NCBI GenBank assembly: GCA_023261845.1
Contig: JALNJZ010000002.1
Span: 136,997 to 200,996 of the forward strand
Length of the DNA: 64,000 nt
Origin: Candidatus Terraquivivens tengchongensis
Lineage (GTDB): Archaea; Thermoproteota; Nitrososphaeria_A; Caldarchaeales; Wolframiiraptoraceae
Direction: 5' to 3'
The position numbers and the translations under genes are program-made. Below are positions 1-9,069 of this stretch, piece by piece. A model generated the notes under the pieces. That model was given only the letters and a program-made list of their open reading frames with translations, was not told the origin of the DNA and made no database searches. Every line of letters begins with the position of its first letter. Position 1 is the first letter of the stretch.

Positions 1-1295
1 GGGATTTCCTGAATGAGCTTGAGAAGGAAGGAGAACTCATTAACATCGTAAGGCCGGTCTCGACGAAGTTTGAGGCAGCTGCGATAATGAAGAAGCTCGA
101 TGGGAAGCCCGTACTCTTCCACAAGCTCAAGGAGTGCGAAGGATTTAAATTGGTTGCAAACGTCTGCGGCAATAGGAGAATTCTTGCAAAAGCCCTAGGT
201 GTAAGTGAAAACGCTATACTCAGGAAGTTGAATGATGCCATAGAAAACCCAAGTAAGGGTGAAATCGTTGAGGATGCACCGTGCCAGCAAGTGGTTGATC
301 GAAAACCTGACTTGAGAAAGTTACCTTTCCTGATCTTTGGCGAGCATGATGGTGGGCCCTACGCTACTGCCAGCATAATCATTGCTTATGACAGGGAGTA
401 TGGCTTTAACGCCAGCTTCCATAGATTGATGCTCATAGATAGGAATAAGGTTGTTGCTAGAATACTTCCAAGACATCTTGATGAGTTTATACGTAGAGGC
501 AACAGAAATGTTGCGATAACTTTCGGGAACCATCCTGCTTTCATGATAGCGGCGGCCGTTAGTTGGAAGATAGGTATTAGCGAGTTGGACATAGCAAACT
601 CGTTAAGAAAGATGAGGTATGCGAGGTGTGTGACGAATGAACTACTCGTGCCCGCAGACTGTGAGGTTGTGATGGAGGGTGTTGTGACGGATGAATTGGC
701 TGATGAGGGTCCAATATTCGACATAACGGGTACGTACGATGTTGTAAGGAAGCAAAGGGTCATCGAGATAGAGTGCGTAACGATGAGACGCGACCCAATA
801 TTTCAAGCAATATTGCTGGCGGGTAGCGAGCACAAAACTTTGATGGGTACGCCGAGGGAGGCGACGATCTATAAGGAGGTCGGGAAGGTCTGCGAGTGCC
901 TAGACGTCAGACTAACACCTGGTGGTTGTAAGTGGCTTCACGCTGTCGTAAAGATAAAGAAAAGACATGATGATGACGGTAGAAAAGCTATAGAGGCGGC
1001 ATTTAGGGGGCATGGTAGCTTAAAACATGTGATCGTAGTTGACGAGGACATAAATATCGATGACCCGGTTGAGTTAGAATGGGCATTAGCAACGAGGGTG
1101 CAACTGGACAAGCGCTTGGTGCTTAAGCCTAATGAGTACGGCTCCTCTTTAGACCCATCCGCTGACCAATACACCCGGAAGACATGTAAGGCTGGAATAG
1201 ATGCTACGCTGCCTTTGGGTGCTGACTTGAAGCTCTTCAAAAAGGCTACAATACCCGGAGAGGAAAGTATAAAGATTGAAGATTACATAAAGTAG
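1..1295 (+). CDS. UbiD-family decarboxylase, 5'-partial; candidate trans-anhydromevalonate-5-phosphate decarboxylase of the archaeal mevalonate pathway
   Basis: The reading frame is open back to base 1 upstream of the listed ATG at 87. The upstream translation DFLNELEKEGELINIV... matches a UbiD N-terminus, and the body has typical UbiD length and motifs. It sits immediately upstream of the AcnX large and small subunit genes. Confidence 0.7.
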   Translation, partial: DFLNELEKEGELINIVRPVSTKFEAAAIMKKLDGKPVLFHKLKECEGFKLVANVCGNRRILAKALGVSENAILRKLNDAIENPSKGEIVEDAPCQQVVDRKPDLRKLPFLIFGEHDGGPYATASIIIAYDREYGFNASFHRLMLIDRNKVVARILPRHLDEFIRRGNRNVAITFGNHPAFMIAAAVSWKIGISELDIANSLRKMRYARCVTNELLVPADCEVVMEGVVTDELADEGPIFDITGTYDVVRKQRVIEIECVTMRRDPIFQAILLAGSEHKTLMGTPREATIYKEVGKVCECLDVRLTPGGCKWLHAVVKIKKRHDDDGRKAIEAAFRGHGSLKHVIVVDEDINIDDPVELEWALATRVQLDKRLVLKPNEYGSSLDPSADQYTRKTCKAGIDATLPLGADLKLFKKATIPGEESIKIEDYIK

Positions 1296-1327
1296 CTAAA
1301 GACAGTAAAACCAATGGTGCAATCAAA

Positions 1328-2509
1328 ATGTATCTTTCAAAAGATGAAGAACGCATGCTGGTTGGCGAATTCGGATACGCCATGCAAAAGGCTATGGAGA
1401 TACTCATAGCGCTTGGAAAAATTTACGACGCCGAGAAGCTAATTCCCATAACGAGCGCCCACATATCAGGCGTATCTTATGCCAACGTGGGCGAAGATGG
1501 ACTAGAGTTTTTAGAAGAACTCGCATCTGATGGTAAAGTTCTCGTAAAGACGACACTCAATCCTGCAGGCATGGATTTGGACAGATGGAGCTTAATGGGT
1601 ATTGATAGAGAATTCGCGGAGAATCAGCTAAGGGTGATAGACGTCTACAGAAAGATGGGTGTAGAGGTAACCTGCACGTGTACGCCATACCTTGTCAACA
1701 ACATGCCCAAACTAGGCGACCACGTCGCATGGAGTGAAAGTTCGGCAGTAGTTTACGCAAATTCCGTCATAGGTGCTAGGACAAATAGGGAGAGCGGAAT
1801 GAGCGCTTTGGCGGCAGCAATAACTGGTAGGACACCTCTTTATGGTCTACACATTAAGGATAACCGTCAACCGACTGTAGAGGTTAGGGTACCGCAGCCA
1901 GATGGAGAGTTCGGGTTTGCTTGTCTCGGTATGGTCATTGGAAGGCTTGTTGGCGATGGTATGCCCTTCATCAAGGGTATGTTTCATGCTGAGCCGGATG
2001 AATTAAAGGCGTTGGGCGCTGCGTTGGCTAGTGTCGGTGGTGTGCCCATGTTTCACATAGAGGGCATAACACCCGAGGCTAATGAATACACAGATCAGTC
2101 TATGGAGAAGCTCGTCGTTACAGAGGCTGACATAATGAGCATCAAGAAGGAGTATACAAGCGAGGCGGATCCGGACTTAATATTTCTTGGATGCCCTCAT
2201 CTCTCACTTACAGAGCTTAAGAAGATCGCATCGGTTTTGATTGGAAAAAAGGTCAGAAAAAAACTCTGGTTATGTTGCTCTAAACACGTCAAATTGGAGG
2301 CGGACAAGTTGGGCATAACACGGGCCTTAGAGGCTGCTGGTGCTACAATTGTATGTGATACTTGCCCGATAGTTGCACCCGTAAGGGATTTGGGCATATC
2401 AGTCGTTGCTACAAACTCGGCTAAAGGAGCATGGTACTCAAGAAACTTAAACAATTTTTCTGTGAAATTGCTCTCGACGGAAGAATGCCTCAGGGAAGCG
2501 ACCGAATGA
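1328..2509 (+). CDS. Aconitase X (AcnX, DUF521) large subunit; putative mevalonate-5-phosphate dehydratase large subunit
   Basis: 393-aa ORF with AcnX-like composition. Its stop overlaps the start of a DUF126-like small subunit gene (ATGA), and it is adjacent to the UbiD gene. Confidence 0.65.
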   Translation: MYLSKDEERMLVGEFGYAMQKAMEILIALGKIYDAEKLIPITSAHISGVSYANVGEDGLEFLEELASDGKVLVKTTLNPAGMDLDRWSLMGIDREFAENQLRVIDVYRKMGVEVTCTCTPYLVNNMPKLGDHVAWSESSAVVYANSVIGARTNRESGMSALAAAITGRTPLYGLHIKDNRQPTVEVRVPQPDGEFGFACLGMVIGRLVGDGMPFIKGMFHAEPDELKALGAALASVGGVPMFHIEGITPEANEYTDQSMEKLVVTEADIMSIKKEYTSEADPDLIFLGCPHLSLTELKKIASVLIGKKVRKKLWLCCSKHVKLEADKLGITRALEAAGATIVCDTCPIVAPVRDLGISVVATNSAKGAWYSRNLNNFSVKLLSTEECLREATE

Positions 2510-2907
2510 ACGCTATTCTAGAGTTAAGGGGCAGGGTTATAAAAGGAGGAAGGGCCGAAGGCGAAGCATTGGTCTCATCGCAACCGATATCCTTCTACGG
2601 AGGCATTGACCCTGACACGGGAATAGTTAGGGAAAAGGGGCATGAGTTGGAAGGCAAGAGCGTAGCCGGAAAGGTTTTAATCTTTCCGCATGGGAAAGGT
2701 TCAACTGTCGGTTCCTACATAATTTACAGGTTGAAGAAAAAGGGCGTAGCACCGAGCGCGATAATAAATCAGAGATGCGAGCCTATAGTTGCCGTTGGTG
2801 CGATAATAAGTGATATACCTACGATTGATTGTGTTGACATCAGCAATTTTAAGAGTGGTGATTGGATAAAAATAGAGGACGGAAAAATAATTGTAGAACG
2901 GCGCTAG
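2506..2907 (+). CDS. AcnX small subunit (DUF126); putative mevalonate-5-phosphate dehydratase small subunit
   Basis: The ATG at 2506 overlaps the stop of the upstream gene. The roughly 134-aa product MNAILELRGRVIKGGRAEGEALVS... is typical of AcnX small subunits. The longer listed ORF beginning at 2431 probably over-extends. Confidence 0.6.
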   Translation: MNAILELRGRVIKGGRAEGEALVSSQPISFYGGIDPDTGIVREKGHELEGKSVAGKVLIFPHGKGSTVGSYIIYRLKKKGVAPSAIINQRCEPIVAVGAIISDIPTIDCVDISNFKSGDWIKIEDGKIIVERR

Positions 2908-4040
2908 AGATCACCTATGAAGAACTCTCTGATCTTTTCAGCTATATAGCGTAAGTCATCAGTGGTTACTTTAGGATGTACTGGCAGGGAGAGCACTTCA
3001 TCAGAAGCCTCTTCGGACACAGGTAATGAACCTCTCTGGTAGCCGTAAAGTCCCATGTAGAGTGGGTGCAGATGAACTGGGTTTGGCCAATAAATTGCCG
3101 CTTCTATACCGTTTTCCGTGAGATATTTTTGGAGCATGTCTCTCGACTTTTTAGACCCACCACCCCTAACTCTTATTGTGTAAACATAATGTGATGGTTT
3201 GACGTAGGAAGGAAAAGTTGGGGTGATGATGCTAGGTATGCCTTCGAGGTAATCCTTCAGGACTTCCGCATTCCTTGCCCTAATGGCATTTAGCTTCTCG
3301 AGCTTCGAAAGTTGTACAAGACCGATCGCGGCCTCAAATTCTGTCATCCTATAGTTCAGCCCGGGTATCACGGCCATATGCGCCTCTTCCTGACCATGTG
3401 TCCTGAAGAGCCTACACTTCCTGGCATACTCGGCGTCATTTGTAGTTATAATTCCGCCCTCGCCAGTAGTCATGTTCTTGCTGGCGAAGAAACTAAAGCA
3501 TCCCATATGACCGATGCTGCCGATCTTTTTACCTTTGTAAAGCGCTCCATGTGCCTGGGCAGCATCTTCGATAACTATCAGCCCTTTATCCTCAGCGATC
3601 TCCATTATAGCATCCATTTCGGCAGGACATCCGTAGACATGCACAGGTATTACCGCCTTCGTGTTATCCGTTATAGCGTCTTGAAACTTTTCAGGATCCA
3701 TGCATAGCGTTTCAGGGTCTACGTCCACGAATACAGGTTTTGCGCCCTGGATAAGTACAACGTTTGCCGTAGCCACAAAAGTCATTGCAGGTATTATGAC
3801 CTCATCACCGTGTCCTATGCCACATGCTGCGAGGGCCGTGTGGAGGGCAGCAGTCCCAGAATTTACAGCAATTGCATACTCAACGCCGATGTATGATGCG
3901 AAACTCCTCTCAAACTCACTAACTCTTTCACCGCTACCGTGCCATGTAGTGAGCATACCCGTCCTGAGAACCTTAGAAACTTCCTCTATCTCTGCTTCAT
4001 CGATTACAGGTTGGTTTATTCGAATCTTTTTATTGACCAA
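2904..4040 (-). CDS. DegT/DnrJ/EryC1/StrS-family PLP-dependent sugar aminotransferase
   Basis: 378 aa with the motif GIGHGDEVIIPAMTFVATANVV..GAKPVFVDVD and PLP-lysine context FSFFASKN. Confidence 0.8.
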   Translation of the reverse strand: MVNKKIRINQPVIDEAEIEEVSKVLRTGMLTTWHGSGERVSEFERSFASYIGVEYAIAVNSGTAALHTALAACGIGHGDEVIIPAMTFVATANVVLIQGAKPVFVDVDPETLCMDPEKFQDAITDNTKAVIPVHVYGCPAEMDAIMEIAEDKGLIVIEDAAQAHGALYKGKKIGSIGHMGCFSFFASKNMTTGEGGIITTNDAEYARKCRLFRTHGQEEAHMAVIPGLNYRMTEFEAAIGLVQLSKLEKLNAIRARNAEVLKDYLEGIPSIITPTFPSYVKPSHYVYTIRVRGGGSKKSRDMLQKYLTENGIEAAIYWPNPVHLHPLYMGLYGYQRGSLPVSEEASDEVLSLPVHPKVTTDDLRYIAEKIREFFIGDL

Positions 4041-4596
4041 GTTCTCTTACACGCCCCAGACAACCTAGTCTAGAGATAGAGTTTCCCCAAATAAATTTAA
4101 GATGAAGCTTGGTTTACAAAATTGTCAATCACAGCGCCGTAGCTCTCGAGAGGTTTTCTGGGCGAAATCAATAATATGTAGGTATGTCCTGCATGTTGTC
4201 TAAGTATTTTAACCTCGACCTGATTGGTTAAATGTAACTAGTACCATCCATAACCTCAAAATTAGATGGGTTATCAAGATTGCGACCATAAATGGTACCA
4301 AAGCGATACAATTTCGATATCCCAAAAATGAGTAACGACAGCAATATCGAGAAGTCCACCTAGACACGTTGAGAAATTGTTGTGATATCACATAATGTTA
4401 TCCATATGTTACATGATCACAAATTCCACGGTTTACTGTTTTGTATTAAAAAACGAGTTAAACAAAGGAGTAAGATGACGTCACATAGCGTCAAGGTGCG
4501 TAATACAAAAAGACTATCGGAGCAACTCTCACAAGAAAATTATTAATTGTACACAATAATTCCAGTTTACAAAAGTGTAGACTAGGGTGATGCAAT

Positions 4597-4980
4597 TTGG
4601 ATGCTACGCTCCTTGATGAGATGAAGCAGTATTGGGAGAATGACGTCATATTCAAGCTACTCAGCGAAAGGTGCTCTCTTACTAAGAAGCAACTCGAGAC
4701 ATTATTGATAGATCTATTCTTGGAAAGCAAGGGCATAAAGCTTCCAGTAGAGGAGAAGGCAAAGCTTCGTGGGGTCTCGAAGGGCTCTTTTTTAAGAACC
4801 AAGAAACAAGCAATAGATAACATAACTAGGTCACTTTACACAGTATTGCTGCTGGGCTATCTTGGTCTTTTTGAATTGCCAACATACTCTTGGTTCTTGG
4901 AAGCCTCTGAGACCCTAAACGGCAGAAATCCCGAAGTAATAGCTAGCCTGCTACTTAGGCTTACGGAGGCGAAAAAGTAA
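4597..4980 (+). CDS. hypothetical protein (possible HTH)
   Basis: 127-aa ORF following a 556-bp AT-rich intergenic region. It is translationally coupled to the next ORF (stop at 4980, start at 4983). Confidence 0.4.
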   Translation: MDATLLDEMKQYWENDVIFKLLSERCSLTKKQLETLLIDLFLESKGIKLPVEEKAKLRGVSKGSFLRTKKQAIDNITRSLYTVLLLGYLGLFELPTYSWFLEASETLNGRNPEVIASLLLRLTEAKK

Positions 4981-4982
4981 AA

Positions 4983-5414
4983 ATGGACACATCAACGGCT
5001 GTCTTTATTGCATTGTTTTTTACACAAACAGCGATATTCTATATGCTATTACGTAGAGCTAGTACGCATACGAGAATGACGTCAAATGATGCAATCACAG
5101 ATGAGCTGGTAAAGATAAAAGAAGCGCTCAGCAATATAGAGAATAGACTAAGTGCATCAAATTGCACGTTTAATGTTCCTGAAAAAGTAACGGAAGATGA
5201 CTTTAACCAAACGTGTTATAGGGTGTTAGAACTTCTAAAAACAGAAGGCCCGTCCTCATCCTCAGAGCTTAGCGTTAAACTCAACCGAAGTCGTGAGCAT
5301 GTTTCCAGAATTTTAAAGAACCTCTATACAAAGGGACTCGTCACAAGGACGGGTAAGCCCTTTAAGTATAGAATAACAGACAAAGGCCTTTTATTTCTGG
5401 AAAACGCTGCATAA
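4983..5414 (+). CDS. membrane-anchored winged-helix (MarR/TrmB-like) DNA-binding protein
   Basis: N-terminal hydrophobic helix (AVFIALFFTQTAIFYMLL) and a C-terminal wHTH-like segment (SSSELSVKLNRSREHVSRILKNLYTKGLV). Confidence 0.45.
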   Translation: MDTSTAVFIALFFTQTAIFYMLLRRASTHTRMTSNDAITDELVKIKEALSNIENRLSASNCTFNVPEKVTEDDFNQTCYRVLELLKTEGPSSSSELSVKLNRSREHVSRILKNLYTKGLVTRTGKPFKYRITDKGLLFLENAA

Positions 5415-5416
5415 GA

Positions 5417-5426
5417 TTTTTTAGAA
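5417..5426 (+). promoter_or_regulatory. TATA-like box (TTTTTAGAAA) about 25-30 nt upstream of the 5S rRNA 5' end
   Basis: Position and composition fit an archaeal TATA box. There is no other support. Confidence 0.3.
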
Positions 5427-5448
5427 AGGGTTTAGCAAGATAAAGTCG

Positions 5449-5567
5449 GCTTGCCGGCCATAGATGGGGGGAAACGCCCGGACCCATTCCGAACCCGGAA
5501 GCTAAGCCCCCATCGCGTGGAAGTAGTCTGGTGCGAGAGCCCAGGCGAGAGCCACGTGCTGGCAAGC
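5449..5567 (+). rRNA. rrf: 5S ribosomal RNA (stand-alone)
   Basis: Conserved 5S motifs (CCGGACCCATTCCGAACCCGGAAGCTAAGCC). Helix I is formed by GCTTGCCGGC at 5449-5458 pairing with GCTGGCAAGC at 5558-5567. Length is 119 nt. Confidence 0.85.
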
Positions 5568-5583
5568 CATTGTCCATTATATT

Positions 5584-7080
5584 TTAACGTTTCATGACCT
5601 GTAACTGTAATGCATAAATCTGTTTTTCGTAAACCCTTCTAATACAGCCTGGGTCTGGCATTAGGTAATCTCCGAAATACCTGTAGGCCCTGGCCCTACA
5701 GCCGCCGCAAATGAACTTATATGAACATATCCCACACCCACCCTTCAGTTTATTCCTGTCCCTAAGCTCGTTAAGAACGCTTGAATTGAGCCATATCTTT
5801 TCGAATCTTTCATGCCTTAGGTTGCCGAGCTTTATTGGCATGAAGACACACGGCTGTACGTCACCCTCAGGACTTATCGCCGCATAAACTCTGCCTGCGC
5901 CGCAACCGCCAATGAACTCTGCAACTTCTGGTGTTATGCCAGGAATATTCGCATAGTGGGTCGTGGGAATTACGGGTTCAATACATGGAATTGTTAGGTT
6001 AGCTGCGCAAATCTCCTTCATAATTTCCTCTTTCATCTCCAGTCCAACTCTAGCAAACTGGGGCGCTGTTGTATAGATTTTTAACTTCTTGTTTTGAAGC
6101 ATGTTGAAAACTAACCTCTTATACAAGTATCTCATAAGTTCTTCCCTTTCATACGGTGACGGGTCATTGTCTAAGATTCCCGTGGCCCTACCAGTCGGTA
6201 TAAAATTAAAACATATGAAATAGTCGGCCCCAAGTTCCTCGACAAAGTCAACCATTTTTTGTACCTCTTGTATGTTATGTTTGGTTACAGTTGTGGCAAC
6301 GCCTACCGTAACGCCCTCTTCTGCCAAGTATTTAATTGCAGAAACCGCTCTGTCCCAGCTATTAGGAATCCCCCTAAACTCGTCGTGCGTTTTTGGGTTT
6401 ATCCCGTCTAGGCTTATTTCTGCATAGTGAATGGTTTTGGCGAGCCTCTTAGCGACATCCTTCGTTATGAGTGTACCATTTGAGGCAATCGTTACATACA
6501 TACCATGATCTCTTGCACTGCTTGCAACCTCGAAGAAATCTTGCCTAACAAGTGGCTCCCCTCCTGAAAATGCAATAGAAGTGACGTCTGCATCTGAAAG
6601 TTCATTAACAACACGAAGCGCCTCGTTTGTCGTAAGCTCCGTTGGTAAGCTTACACTGGCGTTTTGATAACAATGTTTGCATCTAAGGTTGCATCTGTTC
6701 GTAAAGTTCCAAACGACAAAGAGCGGCGCACCTGTGACGAAAGGTTTCGTTGCACCAAACCAGGCCAAACCCTTTATAGTTGACGTCAGCCCCTTTCTCC
6801 AGTACGATACGCTTAAAGCCTTGACCAATGCGTCTTGGTTAGCATTTAGTGCTTTCAAAGTGACAAAAGTAAAAAATTTAAGCGCAGAAACGATTGACGT
6901 ACATACGATGCACTTCTTTTGTTTAATCCCTAAGCATTCATCGAAAAATATGTCTATGGGTCTCTTACCACACCTATTGCATTTTTCTAGACTCTTCTTT
7001 ATTAATGCTCTTGGCTGTGAACTTGAAAGAATAATGCGTATGGCATTGAAGCCAAGCGAAATCGGTACGCTACTCATCAA
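5584..7080 (-). CDS. radical SAM/SPASM-domain protein with N-terminal zinc-ribbon extension
   Basis: Radical SAM CxxxCxxC motif (NFTNRCNLRCKHCY), a C-terminal Cys-rich SPASM region (CGGCRARAYRY..DPGC), and an N-terminal CxxC..CxxC ribbon. Confidence 0.75.
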   Translation of the reverse strand: MMSSVPISLGFNAIRIILSSSQPRALIKKSLEKCNRCGKRPIDIFFDECLGIKQKKCIVCTSIVSALKFFTFVTLKALNANQDALVKALSVSYWRKGLTSTIKGLAWFGATKPFVTGAPLFVVWNFTNRCNLRCKHCYQNASVSLPTELTTNEALRVVNELSDADVTSIAFSGGEPLVRQDFFEVASSARDHGMYVTIASNGTLITKDVAKRLAKTIHYAEISLDGINPKTHDEFRGIPNSWDRAVSAIKYLAEEGVTVGVATTVTKHNIQEVQKMVDFVEELGADYFICFNFIPTGRATGILDNDPSPYEREELMRYLYKRLVFNMLQNKKLKIYTTAPQFARVGLEMKEEIMKEICAANLTIPCIEPVIPTTHYANIPGITPEVAEFIGGCGAGRVYAAISPEGDVQPCVFMPIKLGNLRHERFEKIWLNSSVLNELRDRNKLKGGCGICSYKFICGGCRARAYRYFGDYLMPDPGCIRRVYEKQIYALQLQVMKR

Positions 7081-7160
7081 GTTATTACAGGTTTTAGGAG
7101 TAAAAATAAGTTTTCCATATTTTTTAACGGTGAAAAATCTAATTAAAAAATAGAATGAAA

Positions 7161-7583
7161 TTAAATGATGGTTACGCTCTCTTCACGAAACTCCTTGTTT
7201 TTCTCATCAAAAATCCATGCAGTAACCTCTTTAGCCCCCTTATTATATATGGACACGATAAGGTAGCTCATGGAGGGCCAGGCGACTTCTGCATCGTAGG
7301 CCGACGGTCTTGCGGGGTAGTCAGGATGGGAGTGATACACTCCGATGAGCATCAGTCCGTGCTTTTCAGCATCTTTCTCCACATTGTATATATCTAATGG
7401 GTCAACCACATATCTCCTTCTCCTATCCCCCATGTAAACGTTTTTACTCCTGACAACTTTAGCAATAACTTTTCTTTCGTCTTCCTTTCTTCCTACCAGA
7501 AGCCCACAACACTCTTCAGGATAGGTCTCTAAAGCGTGCCTGATAACCTCATCCAGATCGGCTTTGCTTATTACGAGTGTCAA
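7161..7583 (-). CDS. JAMM/MPN+ metalloprotease (Mec+/QbsD-like, short form)
   Basis: 140 aa with a glutamate in EECCGLLVG and the JAMM motif HSHPDYPARPSAYD. It sits immediately downstream of the CysM-like gene. Confidence 0.8.
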   Translation of the reverse strand: MTLVISKADLDEVIRHALETYPEECCGLLVGRKEDERKVIAKVVRSKNVYMGDRRRRYVVDPLDIYNVEKDAEKHGLMLIGVYHSHPDYPARPSAYDAEVAWPSMSYLIVSIYNKGAKEVTAWIFDEKNKEFREESVTII

Positions 7584-7627
7584 CCCTTTAACGGAATGCT
7601 ACAGTAATATATATTCTAAAATGTGGG

Positions 7628-8608
7628 TTATGTCTGGAACTCTTCCCTCCAGAAGCGCTCCTCAACATATCTCTCGCCTCCGTCAGGAAAGATGACTACC
7701 AACGTCCCCTCCTCTAACTCTCTGGCTATTTTTATACCGGCGGCGAGCGCGGCACCAGACGATATGCCGACAAGCATCCCTTCGACCCTTGCAAGCTTTT
7801 TGACCATCTCATAAGCCTCACTCGTGGATACGCTTATACACATGTCGCTGAAGTTTTCATCATATATCTTCGGTTTGATACTCGTAGCCATATGTTTCAA
7901 CCCCTCAATTCCATGAAAACCTGAATCTGGTTGAACCTCCACGAGCTTTATACCCGGATTAAATTCTTTTAACCTCCTTCCAACCCCCATGAGCGTTCCA
8001 GACGTCCCAACACCAGCAACAAAATGTGTCAACCTTCCATTAGTTTGCTTTATGATCTCAGGACCCGTCGTTGTGTAGTGAGCCAACCAGTTTGCTTCGT
8101 TGTCATATTGATTCGCATAAAAGTATGCTTTTGGATCTTGTTCGTATAGTTCATGGGCTTTTTTAATTGCACCGTTTAACCCGTCAACAGGGTTTGTAAA
8201 TATGACTTCGGCTCCATAGGTCTTCATAATAGCGACCTTCTTAGTGTTAGCGTTCGCTGGAACCAGCATCTTGCATCTATAGCCGAGGGTCGCAGCAATC
8301 ATCGAATAAGAAATTCCCATGTTGCCGGAAGTGGCATCGAGGATTGTTTTGTCAGGTGTTAGAGCCCCGTCCTTTATGGCACTTAAAATTATGTTCAGCG
8401 CAGCCCTGTCCTTGACGGAGCCTCCTGGGTTGAAAAACTCGAGCTTAGCGTAAATCTTAACACGATCCTTTACACCATATTGCGCTGGTAATTTTTCAAT
8501 CCTACAAAGTGGTGTATTGCCGACGAGTTTTAGAGGTTTATCATAAACCCTAAGATGATGCGTATTGTAATCGGCTTGGACCCATGAATTGAGTCGTTTA
8601 ACCGACAC
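7628..8608 (-). CDS. CysM-like PLP-dependent cysteine synthase / O-phosphoserine sulfhydrylase
   Basis: 326 aa with PLP-lysine motif FFNPGGSVKDRAALNII. It has the beta-family PLP fold. At 326 aa it is too short for TrpB. Confidence 0.8.
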   Translation of the reverse strand: MSVKRLNSWVQADYNTHHLRVYDKPLKLVGNTPLCRIEKLPAQYGVKDRVKIYAKLEFFNPGGSVKDRAALNIILSAIKDGALTPDKTILDATSGNMGISYSMIAATLGYRCKMLVPANANTKKVAIMKTYGAEVIFTNPVDGLNGAIKKAHELYEQDPKAYFYANQYDNEANWLAHYTTTGPEIIKQTNGRLTHFVAGVGTSGTLMGVGRRLKEFNPGIKLVEVQPDSGFHGIEGLKHMATSIKPKIYDENFSDMCISVSTSEAYEMVKKLARVEGMLVGISSGAALAAGIKIARELEEGTLVVIFPDGGERYVEERFWREEFQT

Positions 8609-8688
8609 AAAAGACCAGTCGCCTCCTCTTTCATTGAGCCTTTAGCTCTCTGCCTAATAAACATACATTTGACCGAGTTCTGGTCAAT

Positions 8689-8997
8689 TCACCGCTTTTC
8701 AGTAGCTTTTTTCGCTTTCATTTTCATCTCTATGTTGGCAATCTTCTTCTCACACTCAGCTACAACAAACCTCTTTCGCGAGAAGACAAAGTGAAAGGCG
8801 AGTCCTATGCCCCAACCGAATAAAGGCCATACGAACCATATTGTCGCAGGAGATGTATAAAGGTTAATGAATACCAAGAAAACGTTAACTATTATATAGG
8901 AAGCTAAATGGGATAAAAAACCCCGATTGGCCTCCTCTAACTCGAACTCTATCCAAGCTTTCTTAAAATCTTCTAATGCCTCTTCGGATGCGTTCAT
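8689..8997 (-). CDS. small two-transmembrane-helix protein
   Basis: 102 aa with two hydrophobic helices and a charged C-terminus. Confidence 0.4.
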   Translation of the reverse strand: MNASEEALEDFKKAWIEFELEEANRGFLSHLASYIIVNVFLVFINLYTSPATIWFVWPLFGWGIGLAFHFVFSRKRFVVAECEKKIANIEMKMKAKKATEKR

Positions 8998-9069
8998 GAA
9001 ATCTAACAGGAATTAATCGGATAAAAGCCTTCTTGTTTTTATGGGGTATACAAATATTGCCTCCCACCC

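Noticed and set aside
4209-4823. 60-aa and 110-aa minus-strand ORFs in the long AT-rich intergenic region
   Set aside because: Low-complexity, hydrophobic or Cys-rich nonsense composition with no start context. More likely non-coding spacer.
5362-5577. 71-aa minus-strand ORF
   Set aside because: It lies entirely over the 5S rRNA gene, so it is a spurious reading frame in structured RNA.
7628-8608. Considered whether this PLP enzyme is the missing trpB
   Set aside because: At 326 aa it is too short. The SVKDR motif and overall pattern fit CysK/CysM, and its genomic context is a JAMM partner, not the trp operon.
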